Shown in pieces: positions 1 to 9,012 of a stretch of DNA of 64,000 nucleotides. Every line of letters starts with the position of its first letter. Within the stretch, counting starts at the first letter, position 1. The stretch is from a phage. The notes below the pieces were generated by a model. It was not told the DNA's origin. It ran no database searches and saw only the letters and a program-made list of their open reading frames with translations. Location: assembly GCA_012557565.1 (NCBI GenBank), contig GCA_012557565.1_3926.1; one strand, 5' to 3'. Both the position numbers and the translations under genes were made by a program.

Positions 1-22
1 TGAAGATGGTGTCTATGATGCA

Positions 23-1729
23 ATGAAGTACAAAGAGAACTGGCGCTCAAATAGTAATAGTGTCCATTTCAACGTAATCATGGGTAATATTGCTTATCCT
101 GTTGAAATGGGTGAGTTGCTTGGTTCAGAGTTTACAAGTATTCTGCCTCAGTTCTTCCGTAGTGCTGTAGACCTTGTTAATATCTACATGCCAATTGGTT
201 CAGTGGCTATTGCTGCATCTCGTGAAGCATTACAGATGAATGAGACCACTAAGACAAAGATTGTTGAAGCCGTGAAGAAAATCACTAAGACAATCGTTGA
301 AGATGTGGTTAAAGAGATTGCTAATAAGCCAACGCTGATTGATGCTGCTCAGGCTTATGATACCATGAGGAAAGAGGCTCGTGAAATCTTTAATCACGTC
401 CAAGATTCTCTGGAGTGGCAAGGTCAGAACTTGAAAAAGCTTGAACAAAAGCTTTTGGGTATTCGTCGTGGTCAGTTAACTGAAGCAGATGGTTCTCCAT
501 CATTCTTGAAAGATGATGCAGGTAACTTAAGGCTTGACAAAGACGGTAATCCAGTTCCTAATATTGGTAATCTGTATGAACCTGTAGCATATTACAAGTA
601 CAGCAGTCTGGAGAATCGTATTCGAGCAACTTCAGCAACATATTCACAAGATGCTGCCATGTTTAGTATCTTTGGTGCAATGAGTAAAGATAAGTTGAGC
701 AACTATTTGTTCCTTATCAATGACCGTCGAAACAAGAACGGGTCTGAAAAGACGACTGGTAAAAATCAGATTATCCGTGGAGCTTGCCGTGACCGTGAAC
801 AGGAAGATTCTAACTTCCGTCGCTACAATGGTATTGCTTTCTTGTTCAGCAGTCAGCAGCAATTTGATGAATTTGTAGCTCTGCATATGCTTGACAAGAC
901 TATGTTAAGTGTGCATACAATGTCATCTAAAGAGCACCACTATGAGAAACGTACCATTGTACGTGGAGTGGTAAAACTGTATAAAGCATTCAAGTGTCCA
1001 AACTCTGACATAATCCGTTATACGGAAGTTAAGGAAAACTTTGATGATATTGAAGAACCACAATTGTACATTAAAGCACAGAGTGATGAAGTGCTAGGTG
1101 GTATCTTCTCATGCTCACCAGAACGTGCTGCAACGTTGATGACAGAATTAACTGGACAACCAGTTTATGTCTTCCGTAAAGCAAACTGGAAGAAGATTCC
1201 TGAAGATTGGACAGAAGTCAATGCACAGGTGATGAAAGATTTTATTGATAACACTCACTGGATTGAGTATCATCGTTACTTGACATATCAGTACATGACT
1301 GATAAGCATGATATCACAGATTGTAATGTTGTTGCTCGTAACTTCAACTTTGCTGGTAAGAAGAAGTCAAGAGGTCATGTATACAACAAAGACTTTGACT
1401 CAACAATCCTGTTAGAAGGGAATGAAGATGCTGTAGAAGCAATGTTTGGTCGCTTGGCATACACTGCTGCACCAATTGCTTATAAAGAAATCTACAGCAC
1501 TCTTGATACCATTCGCAGGAATATGAGAGGCTCTTGTAAGCCAAGAAAGATTCTGGACAATGCTAAGAAGCGTCTTGAAAGTAAGTTCAAATATTACTTT
1601 GAGAAACGCCGTAAAGAAAACTTCTTGCTTTCTAATCTGGATTGGAATAAAGTATCACCTGTTGAAGTTGGTAGATTCTTAGGATTTGATGTTAGAGGTC
1701 TGCCAGAAGATACCAACTGTTGGGAATAA
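23..1729 (+). CDS. hypothetical protein (568 aa from first ATG); frame is open to the window start, so may be 5'-partial
   Basis: Long ORF in track; reading frame has no stop between nt 2 and 23; no motif I can name. Confidence 0.55.
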   Translation: MKYKENWRSNSNSVHFNVIMGNIAYPVEMGELLGSEFTSILPQFFRSAVDLVNIYMPIGSVAIAASREALQMNETTKTKIVEAVKKITKTIVEDVVKEIANKPTLIDAAQAYDTMRKEAREIFNHVQDSLEWQGQNLKKLEQKLLGIRRGQLTEADGSPSFLKDDAGNLRLDKDGNPVPNIGNLYEPVAYYKYSSLENRIRATSATYSQDAAMFSIFGAMSKDKLSNYLFLINDRRNKNGSEKTTGKNQIIRGACRDREQEDSNFRRYNGIAFLFSSQQQFDEFVALHMLDKTMLSVHTMSSKEHHYEKRTIVRGVVKLYKAFKCPNSDIIRYTEVKENFDDIEEPQLYIKAQSDEVLGGIFSCSPERAATLMTELTGQPVYVFRKANWKKIPEDWTEVNAQVMKDFIDNTHWIEYHRYLTYQYMTDKHDITDCNVVARNFNFAGKKKSRGHVYNKDFDSTILLEGNEDAVEAMFGRLAYTAAPIAYKEIYSTLDTIRRNMRGSCKPRKILDNAKKRLESKFKYYFEKRRKENFLLSNLDWNKVSPVEVGRFLGFDVRGLPEDTNCWE

Positions 1730-1736
1730 AAATAGT

Positions 1737-1765
1737 TTGACAGGGGCTGAAAAGCCCCTTAGAAT
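1737..1765 (+). promoter_or_regulatory. sigma70-like promoter with hairpin in spacer
   Basis: TTGACA (1737-1742), 17-nt spacer GGGGCTGAAAAGCCCCT forming a stem-loop, TAGAAT (1760-1765); about 40 nt upstream of CDS 1809. Confidence 0.5.
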
Positions 1766-1808
1766 ACGAACCACTAAGTAACTTTAAACAACAAAGAGAG
1801 ATATTAAA

Positions 1809-2930
1809 ATGACTACTAAGACTAAAGCACAAATCGACGCAGAAATCTACGCACTGGTTAAAGAAGGTAAACTTACCAAAACTGCAATTGCTCTGAAGTA
1901 CAATACTTCAACTCGTTCTGTAGGTCGTGCTGTAGAGCGTCATGAAGCAACTTTACTGACAGGGAAAACCAAAGAAAAACCTGCGAGGACTCTGAAAGAT
2001 ATTGCAAAGGGTGCTAAGAAAGCTAAAGCAACTAAAAAGGTAGCTACTCAGAAACCTGTTGCAAAAGCTGTTAAAGAAGCAGTCAAAGCAGAACCTGTAA
2101 ATGCTCTGCACGAAGCAATGCAGAATAATAGTCAGATTGAATACATGATTACTGGTGACTCGGTTATCATGACTTTCGGTGCAGAGTCAGAGATTGTTGA
2201 ATCAACTCACCCTAACTACACTGAAATTGTTATGGCTGTTGTATCAGGTGAGTACAAGAAAGCCTTTGAACTGATGAATATTCGCAAATCCATTGAGAAC
2301 TTTACTCAGGGTGCTGTGACCATTAAAGGTGATAACCTGTACTACGGTGCTGTTCAAATGCGTTCAACTCTGGTAGACCGTATTCTGGACATGATGAAGA
2401 AAGGTGATGAAGGCTTTACCCGTCTGATTGCATTCTTCGAAAAACTGATGGAAAACCCATCAAAAGACTCTGTAGAACAACTTTGGGGCTTTGTGTCACA
2501 CCTTGATGTTGAAATCGATGAAGAAGGTTATATCATCGGTTGGAAGAAAGTCACAACTCGTAGTGGTAAACTGTTTGACTCTCGTACCTGCAAAGTTCCA
2601 AACGATTTGGGTAACATTGTTGAGATGCCACGTTGGATGGTTGATAATAACCGTCATGTAACATGCTCTCAGGGTCTGCATGTTGGGGCTTGGGACTATG
2701 TAACTAGCTTCTCTGGTGACACTATCCTGAAAGTTCGTGTTCATCCTCGTGATGTTGTTTCAGTACCAACTGACTACAACGATATGAAAATGCGAGCTTC
2801 ACGTTATGAAGTTGCAGCGATTGTGAATAGTCGCCGTGAAGTCATCAAAGAGTGGGATGGTTCAGAAGCACTTCATGTAGTTGTAGGAACTGCTGGTGAA
2901 CTGATTTCTCAGCGTAAACGTGAAGTATAA
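1809..2930 (+). CDS. hypothetical protein with Lys/Ala-rich segment near N-terminus
   Basis: 373-aa ORF; purine-rich SD (AAGAGAGA) upstream of ATG; terminator immediately downstream. Confidence 0.55.
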   Translation: MTTKTKAQIDAEIYALVKEGKLTKTAIALKYNTSTRSVGRAVERHEATLLTGKTKEKPARTLKDIAKGAKKAKATKKVATQKPVAKAVKEAVKAEPVNALHEAMQNNSQIEYMITGDSVIMTFGAESEIVESTHPNYTEIVMAVVSGEYKKAFELMNIRKSIENFTQGAVTIKGDNLYYGAVQMRSTLVDRILDMMKKGDEGFTRLIAFFEKLMENPSKDSVEQLWGFVSHLDVEIDEEGYIIGWKKVTTRSGKLFDSRTCKVPNDLGNIVEMPRWMVDNNRHVTCSQGLHVGAWDYVTSFSGDTILKVRVHPRDVVSVPTDYNDMKMRASRYEVAAIVNSRREVIKEWDGSEALHVVVGTAGELISQRKREV

Positions 2931-2947
2931 TAAGTAAATTCCTAAAG

Positions 2948-2969
2948 GGCTGCTTCGGCAGCCTTTTTT
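2948..2969 (+). terminator. rho-independent terminator
   Basis: GGCTGC-TTCG-GCAGCC hairpin followed by TTTTTT. Confidence 0.6.
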
Positions 2970-2971
2970 AT

Positions 2972-2999
2972 TTGAAAAATGTGCAGGATGATGTATAAT
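2972..2999 (+). promoter_or_regulatory. sigma70-like promoter
   Basis: TTGAAA (2972-2977), 16-nt spacer containing TGTGCAGG, TATAAT (2994-2999); precedes CDS 3007. Confidence 0.5.
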
Positions 3000-3006
3000 T
3001 GTCTGC

Positions 3007-3579
3007 ATGTTTAACAAAATAGGAGTGCAAATGAAGAAATTTGTTTTAGGTTTGTGCTTATTCTTTACAGCACATTTAGCTACAGCATCTGACTGTCCAG
3101 AACTTACAATCAGTCAGAAAGTAAATATGTTAAAAGCATATAACTATGGCGAAGGACAGATGGGAAAAGGTTGGGGAATACCTTTAGCAGCTATAGCCTT
3201 ACAAGAGTCACAATTAGGTGTCATGTTAGAAAATAAAAGGACTCATGATTATGGTGTTTTCCAGAATCACTTGAAGACTGTTGTAAAGCGTAACAAAATA
3301 TCTCCAAAGGTTGCTAAGAAGAAGTTGGTAAGTGACTTCCATTACTCAGCAAAAGAGGCTCATAAAGAGTTGCTATTCTGGACAAAGGTTCACGGTAACC
3401 CAGATGGAAAGTACTCTATGAAGCGTGTCCTAGCTTCTTATAATGCTGGTTACAAATATAAGATTCCAAAGGCTAGACAATATTCTCAAGATGTGTACAA
3501 TAACATGAAATTGCTTGCTCAATGTGAGTTTGCAACAAACATTAAAAAGGTAAAATATGAGCGAATCAAAACAATTTGA
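3007..3579 (+). CDS. secreted lytic transglycosylase-like protein (SLT-like)
   Basis: N-terminal signal-peptide-like segment MKKFVLGLCLFFTAHLATA; segment AIALQESQLG...YGVFQ resembles the SLT-domain catalytic Glu-Ser region. Confidence 0.45.
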   Translation: MFNKIGVQMKKFVLGLCLFFTAHLATASDCPELTISQKVNMLKAYNYGEGQMGKGWGIPLAAIALQESQLGVMLENKRTHDYGVFQNHLKTVVKRNKISPKVAKKKLVSDFHYSAKEAHKELLFWTKVHGNPDGKYSMKRVLASYNAGYKYKIPKARQYSQDVYNNMKLLAQCEFATNIKKVKYERIKTI

Positions 3580-4252
3580 TACGGTTCTGTGTCATGCTTA
3601 TGATATCAAACCACTTGATTTAGATATCAGTTCTGCAAGCTGGTCAGACGTTGCTAAAGCTGACTTTGCAGATACAGCAAGATGTGTTGCATGTAGCTTT
3701 GAAGACTTTCATTCAACAAAGACACAGATTCCTTGTCAAGATTTGCTAACAGGTAAGACTGTATATGTGGGTCGTAATAGTCTTATCTTGGTTGCAAAGA
3801 ACTTGGAAGAAAAACGTAAAATGGTCTTAGCAGATATTGATGGTGTTCTTACAAGTTTTGATAAGAAACTTAATGCAACTCTGTTAGATGATGGTACTTA
3901 CTCACAGTACACTAACTTGGTGGACTCTCGCAGAGCTAAACCAACTTATGTTTTTAACATCCTGTGTGGGATATCACAAAATGCTGATATAGGATTCTTA
4001 ACTGCTCGTGGTGAATCACAGAGAGTGGTCACTCATCTCTTCCTGAATGAAAATGTAGACAGTGATTTCTTACTGTTTATGCGTGGATTTGGTGACAATG
4101 AGATTAGTGCAGAAAGTTTGAAAGTTCGTATGCTTCAGTCTTGCATTCTACCTTACTATGATGTAGTATGCTTTATAGAAGATACAGTAAAGAACGTGGC
4201 AAAGGTCGAAAGAATCCTTCCACACATTAAAACAATGTTAGTTAAAAACTGA
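3557..4252 (+). CDS. HAD-superfamily phosphatase (possible nucleotidase)
   Basis: HAD motif I-like LADIDGVLT (DxDG), motif II-like FLTARG, motif IV-like GFGDNE; 231 aa. Confidence 0.5.
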   Translation: MSESKQFDTVLCHAYDIKPLDLDISSASWSDVAKADFADTARCVACSFEDFHSTKTQIPCQDLLTGKTVYVGRNSLILVAKNLEEKRKMVLADIDGVLTSFDKKLNATLLDDGTYSQYTNLVDSRRAKPTYVFNILCGISQNADIGFLTARGESQRVVTHLFLNENVDSDFLLFMRGFGDNEISAESLKVRMLQSCILPYYDVVCFIEDTVKNVAKVERILPHIKTMLVKN

Positions 4253-4263
4253 GAGAGAAAACC

Positions 4264-4728
4264 ATGCAAAATATTATAACAGTAGCTATCGATGCAACCG
4301 GAAACAAATCTGAAGTTGTTCGTCGTATCATCAAAGACAACTTTGAAGGTAAAATCTTCCGAGCAGTAAACGTCAAAGCTGACGGAGAGATTCGTGAGTA
4401 TCGTGCTCTGCTGAATGTTTCTAAACACGTTAAAGGTGTTGGTTCTACAACTGCTCACAAAGAAAATCTGATGACCATCTATGATATGGGTATGGCTTCA
4501 GAACTTGGTGCAGCAGGGATTGTAAAACAGGGAGCACCATACCGTTCCTTCAATCTGGAAACTGCTCTTATGCTTTCCTTCACAAGTGGTGAAAAGACTA
4601 CCACTTATCTGTTTACTGATGCTGCAACGGTATCAGCTATCAAGGACAGCACCATTAAATCTGGGGTTAACGCTGCTGCTAAAGCCTCAACAATGGCTGC
4701 AAATGTGCTTGCTAAAGTTCTAGGTTAA
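4264..4728 (+). CDS. hypothetical protein
   Basis: 154-aa ORF with SD-like GAGAGA upstream; followed by terminator. Confidence 0.55.
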   Translation: MQNIITVAIDATGNKSEVVRRIIKDNFEGKIFRAVNVKADGEIREYRALLNVSKHVKGVGSTTAHKENLMTIYDMGMASELGAAGIVKQGAPYRSFNLETALMLSFTSGEKTTTYLFTDAATVSAIKDSTIKSGVNAAAKASTMAANVLAKVLG

Positions 4729-4740
4729 GGTTAATATAGA

Positions 4741-4761
4741 GGCTCCTTCGGGAGCCTTTTT
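4741..4761 (+). terminator. rho-independent terminator
   Basis: GGCTCC-TTCG-GGAGCC hairpin followed by TTTTT. Confidence 0.6.
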
Positions 4762-4780
4762 CATTTATAGGAGAAGTTAA

Positions 4781-5128
4781 ATGACATTTAAAGAATTTTG
4801 TCAAGCAGCTTTTGTAATCATTTTTCTGTTAGGTGTAGGTGCTTGGGGCGGTTACACTTACAAGACTAGCCAAGTTAACGAGAAAGAGTTGACTAATCAG
4901 AAGCTTGTTAGTGTTGCTAAGGATGCTTACCAAGAAGGTTTAGCAAATCTTAGTGCTAATTATAAAAATGATTTGAAAGATGTGCTTGCTAAAAACAAAC
5001 ACACAAAAGAGGTATTGACCTATGAAAAAACTAAGACAGAGTTTTATAATATTTGTGCTACTGAGCCTTATATCGGGGTGTTCAACCAACAAAGTGAACA
5101 GTACCTTCAAAAACTCCCAAGTAAGTGA
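4781..5128 (+). CDS. i-spanin-like protein (N-terminal TM helix plus charged coiled-coil-like domain)
   Basis: N-terminal hydrophobic helix AAFVIIFLLGVGAWGG then K/E-rich region; SD AGGAG upstream; 3' end overlapped by a lipoprotein ORF in another frame. Confidence 0.45.
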   Translation: MTFKEFCQAAFVIIFLLGVGAWGGYTYKTSQVNEKELTNQKLVSVAKDAYQEGLANLSANYKNDLKDVLAKNKHTKEVLTYEKTKTEFYNICATEPYIGVFNQQSEQYLQKLPSK

Positions 5129-5291
5129 GAGTGACAAGTACACTCAGGAAGAGACTAGGTACACTGTCAAGGGTACTAAGGGTGAAGACCTTGCTAGTGC
5201 TATGGAGTTTTATCGTGATGGATTCTATGAATGTGCTATCAAGGCAAACAATTTGATTGATATGATTTTGTTAGGGAATAAACAGCAATGA
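5022..5291 (+). CDS. o-spanin-like outer-membrane lipoprotein
   Basis: Signal peptide with lipobox LISGC (MKKLRQSFIIFVLLSLISGC); start overlaps the 3' end of the i-spanin-like ORF. Confidence 0.45.
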   Translation: MKKLRQSFIIFVLLSLISGCSTNKVNSTFKNSQVSESDKYTQEETRYTVKGTKGEDLASAMEFYRDGFYECAIKANNLIDMILLGNKQQ

Positions 5292-5557
5292 CAGAAAAGA
5301 GTGAAACGTTTTATGTAGAAGGTTACTTACTTCTTCCAAGACCAAGTAACACTTATATGAGAATTGATTTCTTACCAACTATCATGGATGATGTAATGTG
5401 TCACCTGTTTATTCAGGGTATTACAGCACAGTTAAAACATGTTGGAAGAGAATGTAAGATTCGTGTTGACAATCATCCTGAAATCAACGAGAATCACTAC
5501 ATCTGGTTCGGTGAAAACTCCAAAGAAATCTACGCAACGTTAAAAACGAGGAAATGA
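5288..5557 (+). CDS. hypothetical protein
   Basis: 89-aa ORF; ATGA overlap with following small ORF. Confidence 0.45.
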   Translation: MTEKSETFYVEGYLLLPRPSNTYMRIDFLPTIMDDVMCHLFIQGITAQLKHVGRECKIRVDNHPEINENHYIWFGENSKEIYATLKTRK

Positions 5558-5724
5558 TTGTGGACAAACAGAAGCTTCTTAACTTGATTGAAGAGTATGG
5601 TGATACCCGTTTTAATATTGGTATTGCACAGGTTAAAGATTCAATTGAAAACTCTACCTTATGGGAAGAAGCTTCAGAAGCAATCTTACAACAAATTAAA
5701 GAGGTAATCTATAATGGAACTTAA
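5554..5724 (+). CDS. hypothetical small protein (56 aa, not in ORF track)
   Basis: ATG overlapping upstream stop (ATGA); SD GAGGA upstream; reads MIVDKQKLLNLIEEYGDTRF...; hand-translated. Confidence 0.35.
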   Translation: MIVDKQKLLNLIEEYGDTRFNIGIAQVKDSIENSTLWEEASEAILQQIKEVIYNGT

Positions 5725-6040
5725 TGGTAAAACCATTGTAGCCGTCTTCTCAGATAATGAGAAAGATATTGGTGTAGCCCAAGTGACATATGGCAATGGT
5801 GAGTTTCTATATGGTGTAATCGCCATGATTGGTACAAGAGGCGATACCCCAACATTCCAAGATTGTGTACATAAGCTCGAAGAGTCTGTTAGAAATCATT
5901 GGTGTCTCGTTTGGATGAACGATAATGATATCAAAGAGCGTTACGCTAAAATTGGTATTGACATTGTTGGTATTGAACATGTAGACTTATATCAACTAAC
6001 TGAAAAGGTAATGTATGAAAGTTCTAATCGTCAGAAATAA
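5714..6040 (+). CDS. hypothetical protein
   Basis: 108-aa ORF in track. Confidence 0.5.
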   Translation: MELNGKTIVAVFSDNEKDIGVAQVTYGNGEFLYGVIAMIGTRGDTPTFQDCVHKLEESVRNHWCLVWMNDNDIKERYAKIGIDIVGIEHVDLYQLTEKVMYESSNRQK

Positions 6041-6236
6041 AAAGACACGGCAAATTATAGCATCTGGTATCTATGTAGGGAGAAGTGAAGTAATCCCGTT
6101 TACCGAGGTTTTCTCACATAAAGAAACCTTCAAATATTATTTGGATGAAGGCTTCTTACGTTCAAACGTTGAAAGTTTTAAACAGACTTTCACCAGTAAT
6201 CGTACAGTCACTCAAGAGGTAATCTTAAATGGCTGA
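6015..6236 (+). CDS. hypothetical protein
   Basis: 73-aa ORF overlapping neighbours at both ends. Confidence 0.4.
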   Translation: MKVLIVRNKKTRQIIASGIYVGRSEVIPFTEVFSHKETFKYYLDEGFLRSNVESFKQTFTSNRTVTQEVILNG

Positions 6237-6429
6237 TTTCTGCAAGAGTTGTTCTATTGAAATGTTTGGACGTGATACAGGAGACTTGAAAGGTCTTATC
6301 ACTGAAGATGATTTCAAAGCTGGTTATGCTATGCCAACACTCTGTGAAGGTTGTGGTGGAATCTGGGTAGACCATGAAGGGCAACGTGTAAAACCTTCTG
6401 AAGATAAAGAATCGTGGGAGGAATGGTAA
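6229..6429 (+). CDS. small zinc-ribbon-like protein
   Basis: CKSC ... CEGC cysteine pairs; 66 aa; immediately upstream of macro-domain ORF. Confidence 0.45.
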   Translation: MADFCKSCSIEMFGRDTGDLKGLITEDDFKAGYAMPTLCEGCGGIWVDHEGQRVKPSEDKESWEEW

Positions 6430-6430
6430 C

Positions 6431-7225
6431 ATGGGTATCGTAAAAATTATTAAAGGTGATATCTTTAAAGACTTTGATAATAAGAAGTTTGATATCATTG
6501 GTCACGGTTGTAACTGCATGAACTTAATGGGTGCAGGTATTGCAGCAACAATTGCTAAACGTTATCCAAAAGCTTATGAGACTGATGCTGAAGTTTATGC
6601 TACAGTTGGTGGTGAAGGTCATAAACCTAAGCATCTTATGCTTGGTAACATCTCTGTAGCACGTTTTAAGCAGGGTCGAATTGCTAACCTTTACACTCAG
6701 GTTATCACTGGTAAAGATGCACGATACAATGCTTTAGAAGCAGCTTTGCAGCGTCTTAATAACTACTGCAAAGTAAACCAGCTTAAGAAAGTTGGACTTC
6801 CTATGATTGGTGCAGGGATTGGTGGTCTTGATAGCATGGCTGTGCTGTCTATCATCAATCAGACCATGAAAGATGTTGACGTTTATATGTATGTCTATGA
6901 AGATAAGATGTACAGTCAGTTGACTAGTCCGGTTACTGGTTGGGAAAACTTTAGTGAACCTCAATACTTTGATGGTGTTGCCGTGGTAGGCAAGGATAAA
7001 GTTACTCTCAAGGTGAAGCGTAATGGTAAGGTACACACCAGTTACCCTCCGGTTGAGAAGTACAATCGAAGTAACGCTCAAGTTACCCACCCGTTACAAG
7101 GCCATTGTCACAGAGCCGTAACATTTGGTGATGATGCAAGTGTGTATATCGGTGCTGCTACAGAAGAGTTTGCAGAGGATTATATCACACATGAGAATGT
7201 TAACTATGTTGAAGCACGTAACTAA
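6431..7225 (+). CDS. macro-domain-like protein (putative ADP-ribose binding/hydrolase) with C-terminal extension
   Basis: N-terminal KGDIF...IIGHGCNCMNLMGAGIAATI and later LPMIGAGIGGL resemble macro-domain Gly-rich motifs; by-eye match only. Confidence 0.45.
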   Translation: MGIVKIIKGDIFKDFDNKKFDIIGHGCNCMNLMGAGIAATIAKRYPKAYETDAEVYATVGGEGHKPKHLMLGNISVARFKQGRIANLYTQVITGKDARYNALEAALQRLNNYCKVNQLKKVGLPMIGAGIGGLDSMAVLSIINQTMKDVDVYMYVYEDKMYSQLTSPVTGWENFSEPQYFDGVAVVGKDKVTLKVKRNGKVHTSYPPVEKYNRSNAQVTHPLQGHCHRAVTFGDDASVYIGAATEEFAEDYITHENVNYVEARN

Positions 7226-7240
7226 TAAGTTACCTAAATA

Positions 7241-7287
7241 GACATAGACAAGCCCTCCAAAGTTTGAGTTTAAAATCTCAGGTAAGG
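7241..7287 (+). terminator. rho-independent terminator (large loop)
   Basis: AGCCCTCC ... GGAGGGCT inverted repeat followed by TTTTT. Confidence 0.45.
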
Positions 7288-7480
7288 AGGGCTTTTTCAT
7301 TTCAAATTTGTGCAGGTGCAATTGCATAGAACTCTGGACAGATTTCTTTAGCTGAACTCCAAAGGGAAAATTCATTTTCAATTTGTGCAGGTCTAGACTC
7401 CAAAGGGCTTTTTCATTTTCAATCTGTGCAGATGCAGTTGGACTCCAAAGGGAAAATTCATTTTCAATTTGTGCAGGTAG
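7281..7480. repeat. four tandem direct repeats of a 36-bp unit (42-45 bp spacing) containing TGTGCAG
   Basis: Units near 7297, 7347, 7389, 7434: CTCCAAAGGG(AAAA/CTTT)TTCATTTTCAATTTGTGCAGG. Confidence 0.7.
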
Positions 7481-7651
7481 GTAGCTATAGGAAGCAAGAC
7501 CCACCATCCCCTCTTACTCCCCTTCCTCCCAAAAGTCAAGAGAAAAATTTGTAGAGAACTGAAAAATAATTCTTGACTAGTTTTCTGTTTTCTGTTAGTT
7601 GCGTACACGCGTTTCATTCACAACTTTCCAAAAATATTTTTAAAAATTTTG

Positions 7652-7680
7652 TTGACTCTATGAATCCAGTTTTGTAGTAT
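7652..7680 (+). promoter_or_regulatory. sigma70-like promoter
   Basis: TTGACT (7652-7657), 17-nt spacer, TAGTAT (7675-7680); AT-rich upstream. Confidence 0.55.
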
Positions 7681-7732
7681 TTGCATCAACGGGGCAAGCA
7701 AGCCCCAACAATCCTAAACTGGAGAATCTAAG

Positions 7733-7939
7733 ATGTTATATCAACGTGAATTAATGATTGTTGACAACAACAAAACAAAGAAACGCCGTTTTTATATGCT
7801 AATCTGCGACGTTTGGCAACGTATCTCAGAAAAGGATTTTGATAAATATGTTGATACGTCAATCAGGTCTGATTGTTACCTGACAAATCACACAAGACAA
7901 TTTACAAGACATACGGCAATTTATTACTATAACGTTTAA
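7733..7939 (+). CDS. hypothetical early protein
   Basis: 68-aa ORF directly behind conserved leader and promoter. Confidence 0.55.
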   Translation: MLYQRELMIVDNNKTKKRRFYMLICDVWQRISEKDFDKYVDTSIRSDCYLTNHTRQFTRHTAIYYYNV

Positions 7940-7950
7940 AGGGCTTGACA

Positions 7951-8112
7951 ATGATTAAAGAAGGTTATGTAATAAAGTACAAAGGGCAAGACGGATACAC
8001 AAAGTTGGGACGTGTTTTCTATCTCTATACTTCAGTGATGGGCAATGAGTGTATAGCCCTTACAAATGGCGACAAAATAACCATGAAAGATTTTATAAAA
8101 ATTATTTCATAA
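7951..8112 (+). CDS. hypothetical small protein (53 aa, not in ORF track)
   Basis: Hand-translated MIKEGYVIKYKGQDGYTKLG...; no conserved leader. Confidence 0.3.
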   Translation: MIKEGYVIKYKGQDGYTKLGRVFYLYTSVMGNECIALTNGDKITMKDFIKIIS

Positions 8113-8117
8113 AGTAC

Positions 8118-8146
8118 TTTACATGGGGTTTATAAATTGCTAGTAT
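8118..8146 (+). promoter_or_regulatory. sigma70-like promoter embedded in an inverted repeat (representative of several)
   Basis: TTTACA, 17-nt spacer, TAGTAT; arms TGGGGTTTATA / TATAAGCCCCA; near-identical copies near 8590, 8935, 9535, 10595. Confidence 0.5.
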
Positions 8147-8197
8147 AAGCCCCAGATAAAGAGCTTTACCAACAATCCTAAACTGGAGAATCTAAAA

Positions 8198-8578
8198 ATG
8201 AAATATCGTGCGCCTAAATTTATCAACAAAGAAAACTTTCGTGATGCTCTGGAAAATTCCATGAATGAGCAGTTCAAAGGTAAAATCATTGTTGTTCACG
8301 CTTACAATTTTAAGTATGATGTAAATGGTAACAAGATAAACCACTACACCGCTACAATGTTAGATGGTACACTCTCAGGAGAAAAGGCTATTATAAATGC
8401 ACTGGCTGGACGTGGTAAAACGTTAATCCGTTGCGATAAGCGCCGCTATCAAGGAAGTGCTTATGGTTATGAGGATGCAATCTATCATCTTGATAACATG
8501 GGTTACAACGTGGTAAAAGCTGGAGTATCTCAAATGATTGGCAGTGATGGCTATGTAACAATCTTTGAAATTAACTAA
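8198..8578 (+). CDS. hypothetical early protein
   Basis: 126-aa ORF behind conserved leader. Confidence 0.6.
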   Translation: MKYRAPKFINKENFRDALENSMNEQFKGKIIVVHAYNFKYDVNGNKINHYTATMLDGTLSGEKAIINALAGRGKTLIRCDKRRYQGSAYGYEDAIYHLDNMGYNVVKAGVSQMIGSDGYVTIFEIN

Positions 8579-8663
8579 TAAAGTACTTTACATGGGGTTT
8601 ATAGTTCGATAGGATAAGCCCCAGATAAAGAACTTTATCACTAACCTAAACTGGAGTTTTAAA

Positions 8664-8921
8664 ATGGCTACTATCAAAAATATCGTAATTACTGCAAAGT
8701 CCCGTGATGACGCTCGCGCAACTGCTAAAAAATTAAATGGCAAAGTGGTTGACAACGGAAAAGAATCTGCTGTAAGATGGGGTGTGAAGACAGACAAGAA
8801 ATTAACCCTTAAACATAGTTCTTACAACATGTTTAAAGGTGTGAAAACTATCGGTAACACTAACGTATTCACAAAGCAAGGTTACAAAATGCACTTATCA
8901 TTAACTGACAATTTAATCTGA
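8664..8921 (+). CDS. hypothetical early protein
   Basis: 85-aa ORF behind conserved leader. Confidence 0.6.
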   Translation: MATIKNIVITAKSRDDARATAKKLNGKVVDNGKESAVRWGVKTDKKLTLKHSSYNMFKGVKTIGNTNVFTKQGYKMHLSLTDNLI

Positions 8922-9012
8922 TAAAGTGCTTTACATGGGGTTTATAAGTTGTTAGTATAAGCCCCAGATAAAGAGCTTTACTAACCAATAGTCCTAAACT
9001 GGAGATTCTAAA

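Noticed and set aside
7281-7480. CRISPR array
   Set aside because: Repeat units are 36 bp and near-contiguous with only 6-9 bp between them, with no unique spacers of CRISPR size and no cas genes in the window.
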